A stretch of DNA of 20,378 nucleotides from a virus (taxonomy: Duplodnaviria; Heunggongvirae; Uroviricota; Caudoviricetes; Crassvirales): positions 1 to 20,378 of IMG/VR virus record IMGVR_UViG_3300037280_000040; one strand, given 5' to 3'. Numbering within the stretch: the stretch's first letter is position 1; every line of letters starts with the position of its first letter. Below, in pieces: positions 1-10,000 of the stretch. The notes beneath the pieces are model-generated. The model made no database searches, was not told the DNA's origin, and saw only the letters and a program-made list of their open reading frames with translations. The translations under genes were made by a program, and so were the position numbers.

Positions 1-825
1 AGTAGAAATGGAAATATTAATCCAGTTGCTCAATATGAGAGTGTAATGGATTATAATAAAAATATTGACAAACAAATAGCAGCAGTATCAGCTAAATATA
101 AATCAATGCCAACTGGTTCATCTTATAATGATATGATGAAGAATCCTCAAAGATACTCTGAAGCTGACTATGACCAAAGAGGTATAGATGTACATCATAA
201 AGAAGTATCTAGATTAATGGCTATGAAAAAACCTACTGTACTTAGTACAGATGATTATAATAATTTAAAATCTTATGGTATTACTACTAAAGATAATTGG
301 AGAGATGTAAAAAATAAAATTGGTTTTACTGAGCAACATGCTCAGACAAGACATACAAGTTATGGATTTGGTCTATCTGATTATAAAGGAGCAGATAATC
401 TTATAACTCAAGCAGTCACATCAGATAATAAGAGTTTAACTCCTATTGGAGATGCTAGTGAAGGTTATAAATTACATACAGATAAAACAGTTAGTTTAAG
501 TGATTTAGAAAAGAATAGAGTAAATCCTGAGAAATCTAAACCTTTAATAACTGATATTAAGTACTCTCCTTTATTTAATGGATTAGTAGTAACTACTCAG
601 AGTGGTAAAGAGTATAAAATTAATCATGTGGTAAGTGATGATTATACTAAGACTATTCAAGATGGAGATAAACTTGTACAAAGTTATATACAACAAGGAC
701 GTTTAGACTTAGCTAAAAAAGCTAGTTTACAATTAAGAGATGGTTTATTACAAGTAGTTTCACATGGATTAAATCAAGTTGCAGGAGATACTAATAAAGA
801 CCCTTATTCACCTATAGGTAGATAA
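1..825 (+). CDS. 5'-truncated hypothetical protein, probably a further virion cargo protein (at least 274 aa visible)
   Basis: The frame of the 46..825 ORF is open back to base 1 (agt aga aat gga aat att... = SRNGNINPVAQYESV before Met46), so the true start is probably outside the window. Codon usage matches the downstream genes. It ends TAA TAA, 13 nt before the next ATG. The cargo role is inferred from position only. Confidence 0.75.
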   Translation, partial: SRNGNINPVAQYESVMDYNKNIDKQIAAVSAKYKSMPTGSSYNDMMKNPQRYSEADYDQRGIDVHHKEVSRLMAMKKPTVLSTDDYNNLKSYGITTKDNWRDVKNKIGFTEQHAQTRHTSYGFGLSDYKGADNLITQAVTSDNKSLTPIGDASEGYKLHTDKTVSLSDLEKNRVNPEKSKPLITDIKYSPLFNGLVVTTQSGKEYKINHVVSDDYTKTIQDGDKLVQSYIQQGRLDLAKKASLQLRDGLLQVVSHGLNQVAGDTNKDPYSPIGR

Positions 826-838
826 TAAAATAAAAATT

Positions 839-3800
839 ATGGCAAAACAATATGTAAATACTGATACAGGAGAAGAATCTGAAAGTATTGATGGATTACA
901 AGGAGTTAACAAAACTAAAAGTAAATATAAAAATGTAGTAACTCAGGATGTTCCAGCACCAACTGGTAATCCTGAGTATGATGCTTTAGACCAAAAAGCT
1001 AATCAATTTTTTAATAAACTTAAGTACAATCCTAGAGAAGCTTTAACTGATGAATCTGCTAATCCTACAGATTATGTAGGAGGTAATGGATTTGGTGAAT
1101 CTGAATATGATTCTGCTGTTAAAAATGAATCAGAAAGAGAAGATTTAGGTAATACAAGAGCATTAGAACAACCTTGGTATGATAAAATAGGTGCAGGTAT
1201 CTTAAAAGGTACTGTACTTGCAGGTACTACATTAGCTGATGGTTTAATAGGTACTATTGCAGGACTTGGTAATATGGCTAAGGAAGGTACTATGGATAGC
1301 TTTGTAGAGAATCCATTTAGTGTTGCTATGCAAGATATTAATAAATGGTCTGAAGAAGCTTTACCTAACTATCAAACAGATGTTGAGAAACAAAATGAAG
1401 CTAATGGTCAATGGTATAATAACATATTTACTGCTAACTTTTTAGGTGGGCAACTTAAAAACTTAGGTTTTATGGTTGGTGCAGGACTTGCAGGTGAAAT
1501 TACTGGTGGTTTAACTGCTAGTTTAATGGGACTTAATGATGCTAGGATGGCATTTGAAGGAGCTGCTGCTGTAGGTAAAACATATGAAGATGTAATTGGT
1601 GCTTATAAATCAGGAGATGCAGTATTAGATGGTATAGCTCTTAATAAACAATTATTTGCAGCTGCTAAGACTCTTAAAAATGCAGAACCTGTTATTAAAT
1701 TAGCAGGGGGTTTAGCAGGTTCATTAGGTTGGGCTAGACAGTCAGCTATAACTGATTCACAAGATTGGTTTAATACTCAACAAGCTAAGATAGGACAAGA
1801 TAGAGAAGCCTTTAGTGATAAAATACAAGGTACTTTACTTCAAGACCCTGAGTATTATACAATTGCTGAGACAGGTGACCCTACTAATCCTTATGCTAAA
1901 GTTCTTAATCAACAAGGTCAAAGTGTATTAGATAAACAAGTTAGTGATAGATATAATTCTAATCTACAGAAAGCTACTGATGATAGAATTAAAATGAGTA
2001 ATGTTGATTTTGCTATTAACTTACCATTATTAACTGGAGCTGAGATATTTCAATTTGGTAAAGCTTATGCAGGTGGATATAAAAATGCTAGAAAATTAGC
2101 TCCTTTTATAGAAAAAACTATAGGAGAAGAAGGAGAAAGTTATGCTGCTAAATTACCTAGCAAATTACAACAATATGCTAAGATGGCAGCTAATCCTTTA
2201 GTAGCAGGTAATCAATTAATGATGATGAATGCTGTAGCTACTGGAGTAGGTAATAAATTTGGAGATGAATTAGATAACTTTTTATCAGGTAAAATAGATA
2301 ACAAAAGTACTGAATCAACTGACCAATATATAACTTCTATAGCAAGTAATCTTGTTCAAGGAGCTAAAGATGTATATGGTAATCCTTCTAAATGGGAACA
2401 ATTTATTATAGGTGCTTTTGCAGGTGTTGTAGGAATTCCTGGTTTTAAAGATAAAGTTAAAGCTGATGGTTCTGTAGGTAAAAGTATTACTATGAATGGT
2501 GGTATATGGGATGAAATGAGAGAACATAAAACTCTTGTACCTGAAGTTAATGAGTTAGTGGATAAATTAAACTCAAGAGTTCAAGACCCTGAATTTATTA
2601 ATAGATATCAAGGACTTATTAGACATAATCACTTAGAAGAAGCTAAGTCAGATGCAGCACAAAAAGGTGATGAATTTGCTTATAAAAACTTTGAGCATTC
2701 TCAGTTAGTAAGTGATGCTGTTTTATTTGATAAAGCAGGTAGAATACAAGATTTATATGATAATGTAGATAAAGCTTCTATACTTAAACCTGAAGATGTT
2801 AAACAAGTAAGAGAATTATCTATTAATAAAGAAACTGGTAAGTCTGTATTTGATAATATGACTGATAAAGAAGTTATTGACCAAGTAAAGAAACAAGGAG
2901 AAGATACTAAAGCTACTATAGATAACTATAGAAAAGTATCAGATGCTTTAAAAACTAAAACAGGTGGACAATTAAAAGATGATGAGCTAGAAGAAATGAC
3001 TTGGATGCTTACTAAAATAGATAACTGGGAATCAAGATTCCAAGATATGTATAAAGAAGTTAAAGATAAATCTTCTGATTTACTGCAAACATTTAGAGAT
3101 AAGACTTATAAAGATGAAGATAATGTAGAACATCCTATTACTGATGTATTAGATATGCCACCAGTATTAATGTTATCAGCATTGCAACATTTTAATATAG
3201 GAGATGTAGCTAAATTACATTCAACTATCTATGCAAATAATGCAGAATCTATACAGAAAGAAGCTGATACACAACAAAGTGTATTAGATACTAAAGCTGC
3301 TTCTGCTAATAAAAGAGGTATTAATTCTGTTAAAGGTAAGTTAGATAGATTAACTGAAGCTATTAGAAGTAATAAAGAAACTTCTGTTAAATATGGTAAT
3401 TTAGCTGATAAGATGGAAGATATGGGTAGATTAGCTAAAGCTAGAAATGAATTTATTGATAAGTATGATGGATATACAAGAAATCCTGATGCTTTGAGAG
3501 CTATGCTTAATGATACTAAAGAAGCTGTTGTAAAAGAAACTGAGGATAAAAAAGTAGCAGATATATCTACTAAAGTAAATACTGCAAAGACTTATAAAGA
3601 TTTCAAAGACACTGTTAATAGTGCAGAATCTCCTGAGTTAAAACGTAAGGTTATTGATGAAGCAGTTGCTAATAATAACCCTATAGCTGCTGAATATAAA
3701 AAAGTATCTAAAGGATTAAATGATTTATATCCTGCTATTGATAATGTTACAAATATAACACCTGAGCAAAGAAGTTTAGCTAGAAGAATATTAAAAGCTA

Positions 3801-6800
3801 AGTCAGATAATATTGAGGATTTAAAAACCTTATTAGATAAAAATACTTATAGTAATATAAGTGAAGATAATCTATGGGTTAATCCTAATACAGGTGAAAC
3901 TACTGACCCTCAAGATATGCAGAAAGCTCAGAATGCTATTGGAGCAGCTATTAATTCAGTATTAAAAAGTACTAAAGTAGAAGATAAAATTAAAGATTTT
4001 GCTAATTCTGAATCAGTTGCGGCAAATACTCCTGAAGTACCTGAAGAAAATATTCCTAATAGACCTGATAAACCTACTCTAGTAGGAGGAAATGTTACAA
4101 CTAAAGACTTATTAGATGGTAACAGAGATATAAATACAATTATGGAACCCTCTAATACTCCTGCCAATACTAATACTGGTAGTAGAGATTGGATTCAAGT
4201 GATTCATGAAATTGATTTAGATAGGTTTAAAAATAGTGGAGAAATTGCTTATATAGGAGACTTAGAAAATAAATCTGCTTATCATACTATATATAATTAT
4301 GTAAAAGATAATGGTGGATTTGATTATGTTAATAAGGGACAACTTAAAGCAGGTAGTAAAGTTGAATTTATGATTGACCCTGCTTGGGAAAAGTTAGATA
4401 CTAATAATGTAGGAACTGTCTTTATTACTCAAAATGGAGTAGTATTAGGAGCTATTGATAGGTCAGCTAATAGAATGTCTCAATTTGCAGGTATGAGTGA
4501 ATTTGCTCAGAGAGTTAGAAATGAGTTTGATGCTAGAGAAAATAAAGATGATACTAAATTTATATCTAAAGAAACTAATGATGTATCTAAAGTATTCTCA
4601 GGTAGAATTCCTTTTAGAAAAAGTGGAGATATTGAAAGATTTTTAGGTACTATTCCTGGTATTAAAGATGGAGATACTGTTAGTAAAAAAGTTATTTTTG
4701 GTATTATGCAAAAAGGACAATTAATTACTAATAAAACTGGAGTTAATACTGCTGATATCAAAGGATTAGATATAAGAGGTGGTAATAATGATGGTAGACT
4801 TTATTTATTAGTTGAAGGTGCAGATGGTAAATACTATCCTACTTTAGTTAAAACTAAGAGATTTAATTCTACTGAGTTTAATTTAAATGACCCTACTATT
4901 CAGAATACTCAGAGATACAAAAGTATTATAAAAATTGCTACAGATATGTGTAGTGCTACTGACCCTGAAGAGTTTACAAGACATTTTAATACTCTTAATA
5001 ATGAATTATATTTAGGAGATTTCCATATAAATTATAATGAGGATGGAGATGGTTCTATTACAGTTAGAAAAGATACTGCTGATGCAGGTCCTCAAACTAA
5101 AATACTTACAAGAGACCCTGAGAAAGTTCCTGAATTAGCTAGTGATTTTAGTAGTAATGGACCAGTATTAAATACAGATATTAAAGAAGGTGAAACTGGT
5201 GATAGACCTATTAATGAAGTAGTTAATGATGTATTAAATGCTATACAAAAAGATGGTACTTATTTACAAATTGATAAAGATGCTATTAATAGAGGAGAAT
5301 ATAATGATAAGCTTATAAATGATAATATTTTAAGTAGTAATATAGATAAACTAGGTGTAGTTGGTGCAGGATTTGAAATGAAGGGTAAGGATAAAGTAGG
5401 TGAAATATTAAAGACTGAAAAAGTTGAAGTACCTAAGTTAATTACTCCTGCTACTTCAGTAACTGAATCTAAAGGAACTGAAGTTAATTACGGTGGTAAA
5501 TATACTGTAACTTCTAAAGGAGATATTCTTAATGATAAAGGTGTACCTGTTAATCAATTAACTGAATCTAAATCTCAAATTATTAAAGATATTGCTTGGA
5601 TAACTGAGTTAAACTCAGGACAATATGGTAAAAATATTGGAGACAAAAAAGTTACTATGTCTTGGGATAGTAAAGCTAAAGAAGCAGATTATTATCTTAC
5701 TCCTAGTGGTAGAATATTAAAATATAGAGATGGAATAGTTGATAGATATGTTATTGGACATGAAGAAGAAGCTGTAAAGAAATCTTTTGGTAAGAAAGAT
5801 GTATTATCAGAGGTTACAAAACAAAGTACTCCTCTTGTTACTTCTAGTGCTATTACAAATAACTCAATAAAAGCAGATATTGATAAAACTACTTATAAGG
5901 AATATCATGCTAAATTTGAGGACTTAGATACTAATAAAGATGAAACTGGTTACTATTTAAACTCAGATAATAAAGTAGTTAAAGATTATGTAAGACCTCT
6001 TGGTACTTTTATGTCAGAAGGAGATTCTATTCCTATGCATGTAGTAAAAGATTTCTATAGTGGCAAAGAAGTATTTATGGGAATTATAGATGCTAATGGT
6101 AAGACAGCAGGTAAAGCTGATTCTATTGAGTTATTAAGAGAAACTATTGATAAAAACAAATCTGCATTAGCTGAGAGAGCTAAAGAAGAAACTATTATTA
6201 GTAGTTCTATTATTCCTAAATCTAATGAAACTACTCTAAATCAAGTTAAACCTATAGAAGTTAAACCTGATACATCAAAACCTTTTAATCCTACACAAGG
6301 AATATTAGGAGATGATTTATTAAGTTCTATGAATAAAAAACCTAGGAGACCTAAAGCAAGTGAAGTAGATACTAAATCATGGCAAGTATGGGACCAACCT
6401 AAAGAAATAGAGCATCTTAATAAAATATTACCAAATATTGTAAGAGGTGATTTACTTAAGATTCATAAAGGTTTAATAGAAGTAAATAAAGGTGGTGCTG
6501 CTGCTTGGGGTATATATAAAGATGGACTTATGGTTATATCTGATATAGCTTCTAAAGGAACTGTATATCATGAAGCATTCCATTTAGTTATGGATAAATT
6601 TACTTCATCATCTGAAAAAGCTGCATTATTTGCAGAAGCTAGAGGTAAATGGGGAAGATTATCTGAGTCTAAATTAGAAGAAAATATGGCTAATGCTTAT
6701 AAAAATTATACATTAACTGAGGTAGCTGATAAATCATTGGGTAGAAGAATTATTGATTTCTTTAAAACTACATTAGGATTATCCAAAACTAATACTGCCT

Positions 6801-7036
6801 TATTAGATAAATTCTTTTGGGATATTAATAAAGGTAAGTATGCAGATAAGGAAATAACTAGTGAATTTAAAAATAAATCAGTTAAAAGCTTGGATAACTC
6901 AGATAATTTGCATACCTTTGCTAATCTTGATTCAAATACTAGAGACTTACTTAGTAAAAAAGGTATAGATTTAGAAGTTTGGAATAATTTGAATAAGGAT
7001 GAAAAAATTAATGAATTAAAATGTATATCAATTTAA
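839..7036 (+). CDS. Giant virion cargo/ejection protein (2065 aa) with N-terminal membrane-interacting helices and a C-terminal zincin metallopeptidase domain
   Basis: Long intact ORF. Gly/Ala-rich hydrophobic segments at aa ~117-535. H1911-E-A-F-H1915 followed by LEENMA (E1947/E1948) and SLGRRIIDFFK, a gluzincin/MPTase-type pattern. Directly upstream of the RNAP gene. Confidence 0.85.
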   Translation: MAKQYVNTDTGEESESIDGLQGVNKTKSKYKNVVTQDVPAPTGNPEYDALDQKANQFFNKLKYNPREALTDESANPTDYVGGNGFGESEYDSAVKNESEREDLGNTRALEQPWYDKIGAGILKGTVLAGTTLADGLIGTIAGLGNMAKEGTMDSFVENPFSVAMQDINKWSEEALPNYQTDVEKQNEANGQWYNNIFTANFLGGQLKNLGFMVGAGLAGEITGGLTASLMGLNDARMAFEGAAAVGKTYEDVIGAYKSGDAVLDGIALNKQLFAAAKTLKNAEPVIKLAGGLAGSLGWARQSAITDSQDWFNTQQAKIGQDREAFSDKIQGTLLQDPEYYTIAETGDPTNPYAKVLNQQGQSVLDKQVSDRYNSNLQKATDDRIKMSNVDFAINLPLLTGAEIFQFGKAYAGGYKNARKLAPFIEKTIGEEGESYAAKLPSKLQQYAKMAANPLVAGNQLMMMNAVATGVGNKFGDELDNFLSGKIDNKSTESTDQYITSIASNLVQGAKDVYGNPSKWEQFIIGAFAGVVGIPGFKDKVKADGSVGKSITMNGGIWDEMREHKTLVPEVNELVDKLNSRVQDPEFINRYQGLIRHNHLEEAKSDAAQKGDEFAYKNFEHSQLVSDAVLFDKAGRIQDLYDNVDKASILKPEDVKQVRELSINKETGKSVFDNMTDKEVIDQVKKQGEDTKATIDNYRKVSDALKTKTGGQLKDDELEEMTWMLTKIDNWESRFQDMYKEVKDKSSDLLQTFRDKTYKDEDNVEHPITDVLDMPPVLMLSALQHFNIGDVAKLHSTIYANNAESIQKEADTQQSVLDTKAASANKRGINSVKGKLDRLTEAIRSNKETSVKYGNLADKMEDMGRLAKARNEFIDKYDGYTRNPDALRAMLNDTKEAVVKETEDKKVADISTKVNTAKTYKDFKDTVNSAESPELKRKVIDEAVANNNPIAAEYKKVSKGLNDLYPAIDNVTNITPEQRSLARRILKAKSDNIEDLKTLLDKNTYSNISEDNLWVNPNTGETTDPQDMQKAQNAIGAAINSVLKSTKVEDKIKDFANSESVAANTPEVPEENIPNRPDKPTLVGGNVTTKDLLDGNRDINTIMEPSNTPANTNTGSRDWIQVIHEIDLDRFKNSGEIAYIGDLENKSAYHTIYNYVKDNGGFDYVNKGQLKAGSKVEFMIDPAWEKLDTNNVGTVFITQNGVVLGAIDRSANRMSQFAGMSEFAQRVRNEFDARENKDDTKFISKETNDVSKVFSGRIPFRKSGDIERFLGTIPGIKDGDTVSKKVIFGIMQKGQLITNKTGVNTADIKGLDIRGGNNDGRLYLLVEGADGKYYPTLVKTKRFNSTEFNLNDPTIQNTQRYKSIIKIATDMCSATDPEEFTRHFNTLNNELYLGDFHINYNEDGDGSITVRKDTADAGPQTKILTRDPEKVPELASDFSSNGPVLNTDIKEGETGDRPINEVVNDVLNAIQKDGTYLQIDKDAINRGEYNDKLINDNILSSNIDKLGVVGAGFEMKGKDKVGEILKTEKVEVPKLITPATSVTESKGTEVNYGGKYTVTSKGDILNDKGVPVNQLTESKSQIIKDIAWITELNSGQYGKNIGDKKVTMSWDSKAKEADYYLTPSGRILKYRDGIVDRYVIGHEEEAVKKSFGKKDVLSEVTKQSTPLVTSSAITNNSIKADIDKTTYKEYHAKFEDLDTNKDETGYYLNSDNKVVKDYVRPLGTFMSEGDSIPMHVVKDFYSGKEVFMGIIDANGKTAGKADSIELLRETIDKNKSALAERAKEETIISSSIIPKSNETTLNQVKPIEVKPDTSKPFNPTQGILGDDLLSSMNKKPRRPKASEVDTKSWQVWDQPKEIEHLNKILPNIVRGDLLKIHKGLIEVNKGGAAAWGIYKDGLMVISDIASKGTVYHEAFHLVMDKFTSSSEKAALFAEARGKWGRLSESKLEENMANAYKNYTLTEVADKSLGRRIIDFFKTTLGLSKTNTALLDKFFWDINKGKYADKEITSEFKNKSVKSLDNSDNLHTFANLDSNTRDLLSKKGIDLEVWNNLNKDEKINELKCISI

Positions 7037-7042
7037 TAATAT

Positions 7043-10000
7043 ATGGCAAGTTGTATAACTTTAACAGGTAAGAATCTTGAATTAGCAACAGATGTATCAA
7101 ATGAATTAGGCTATAAGCTCCCTTTTATAGGAGCTAAGCTTAATTCTTGGATAAGTGCTAATAATGAACAAGAAGCAATTGACAAAGGAGAATATAGATT
7201 ACCTTCTAAAGAAGAATTAATTAATCATATTAAGAGTACTACTGGTGATTACATCAGTAGTACTTTTGTGCATAATATAGAAGAAGTTTCTGCTATAGAT
7301 AAAGTACATAAAGTATATGACCCTCAAACTAAAATTGATAGGTCTGTACTTGTATCTAATATGTTTACAAGAGTAGTAGATAATTTACAGAGAGTTAATC
7401 CTGATTTAAGTAGAGAAGAAGTAATTAATAAAGAGACTCCTCAAGGCATTTTTAATGCTGTAAAGAGTTCTTTTGAGAAGAGTTTAACTATAGAAGGATT
7501 GGACCCTAGGAGAGCAGCAGAGTTTAAAAAAGTATTAGATAATTTTAGTGGATTAGCTGAGCTTTCTACAAGTTATTTAAAGATTACTGAAGGATTAAAA
7601 TTTGATGTAAATTCATTAAAAATAGCAAAAGCTAATTTAAGTGCTGACCCTTCTGACCAAGGAGAAATAGTTGAACCATCTAATACTCAATCTTTTAAAG
7701 AGGAACAAGTTAAGGATGGCTGGATGATTAATTTTAGACATTTATCAGCTAATGAATCATTAAGTCAGAATGTTAGAAGAGTATTATCTAATATAGTAAA
7801 GAATGGTTTTGATGGTGAACCTGAAGTAGATGATTTAGGATTTGAGAGACATATTCCTGCTGATTATGCTTTTAATTCTTTAATGAGAAAATTAAGTGGT
7901 ATGACTAAAGATACACACTTAATGCCTATGTTAGAAGAATTAGCTACTAAAAAATCATGGGTTTATGATATAATAGATACTATAGCTGATATAGATGGTA
8001 ATCATTCTAAAGAACAATTAGATTTACAAAGTCAATTTTATAGTAACTTTAGAAAAGATTTTGTTCCATTATGGATTCAAAAACCTTTTATTAATGCTGC
8101 TGGTAATATTGGATATAAAACAGTGCAAATTAATGCTACTCAAGGTGTAGGACACTTATTATCAGAGATTAGAGATAACTATGAAAGTGGTACTAGATTA
8201 ACCAGTAATGCTATATATAATACTGATGGTAGAATTAATAAAGAAAATATTGATGCTAATTTAGTAAAAACTAATAATTTATTAAAAGAATATAAAGGAT
8301 TAGAATTATTAGCTAAAGATACCTCAGAAGTACATAATGAAATATTAGGAGCTTGGATAGAAAAAAATATTAGTTCTATACAAGATTTATCTAAATCTAT
8401 TGGTATTGATATAGATACAGATACTCTTAATCAGGCATTAACTTATACTATGCATGATGATAGTGCTAAATTAAAACTAACTCCTTCAGTTGAAGGTTAC
8501 TTAGATACTTTAAGAGGTATATTTGCTAATGTAAAATCTGGAGAAAAAGATGAATTAGGTAATGAAAGTAGAATTGATTTAAAAGCACAATCTAAATCTA
8601 TTGGTTCATTAGCTGAGAAATTAGCTAATGTAGCAGATGATAGTATAGAAAGTTCTGTAAATGAGAATGGTAAAAGTCATTACTCTCATTTAGTTCCATC
8701 TTATATAGGTAAACTTATCAAAAACTTTCAAATTAGTCATGGTAATATGACTGACTTTAAAGAGTTTATTGGTACTGAATTTGCTAAATATAATTGGTTT
8801 TATGATGCAGAAAAGAAACAATTTAGAGGAGATTGGTTAAGACAATTAGCTGATTTAGGAGATGAAGGTACTAATGCAAGAAATTTATTACAAAGAAAAT
8901 CTTTATTACACTTTGATAATGTATCTTACTCAGATTTAACTGAGACTGATTATACTTTAGCTTTAATAAATGAGTATTTTTCAGACTCAACTAATAAGTC
9001 TGCTTATTATCATGTACCTATTTTAGCAGATGCTCCATCAGCTGAGTTTATTAAATTTAAAAAATATATTGATGGTAATTTAACTCCAACTGGTAGTTAT
9101 AAGGAACATTTATTAAATCAATTTGTAGAACTTGCTAATCAAGAATTAGATAGAATTACATTAGTTAATAATAGAAAACCTCTTATTGCGGATGGTACTG
9201 TAAAAGAAATAGATAATTTTGATAAGAATGGTAATAAATTTCAATTCTTTCCTAAATTAAATGATATTATTGATAAAATTAAAGATTTAGCTGCTAGTGG
9301 AGAACCTTTAGCAGGTGAAAAAATTAATAGATTAATGAGAGATACTATTGAATCCTCTATAAATGAATCTTTTGATAAAAGATTAAAAGAATGGGATGAA
9401 ATGGGATTATTTGAAACTAAATCTAAAGAAGATAATACATTAAAAATATTAGAAACACCTAATGCTAGAAGATTAGTAAGAGGTAAAGAATTAGGAGATA
9501 TACAAGGTGCTACCAAAGCTGATTTAGAGAATTACTTTTGGAATAGTTTCCATGCTACTTCTCAAATAATTCAGCTTACTACAACAGATATGGCTTATTA
9601 TAAGAGTATAGAAGATTTCCAAAAGAGAAATAAACAAATCTATGCTCCTGCTATTAGATTAAATACAAAATCTCAATATGGTAGAACTGTTGAAAGAACT
9701 ATGTATTTAAAAGACCATGAGATAGCATCAAGAAATTTAGAACATATTGATACTATTTTAGAGTCTAAAATAAAAAGTAAAAATAATCCTACAGGTACTA
9801 TTACTCCTTTAAATAAAGCTAATATTATGGCTCAATTTGGAGGTGCTAATTTATGGACTAAAACAGTTGATGGTAAAGTTGTATCAATAAGTAGAGATGA
9901 ATTTAATAGTATTAAAAATAATAAAACTTTACAACCTCAAAGTTTTTATTCTGTAAAAGTAGATGGTAAAACTTATAAATCAGTTACTAAATCAGTAAAT

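Noticed and set aside
5461-5573. Repeated aactgaatctaaa (about 5461 and about 5561)
   Set aside because: Two copies of a 13-mer encoding TESK in AT-rich coding DNA, with no array structure; probably chance or a minor protein repeat.
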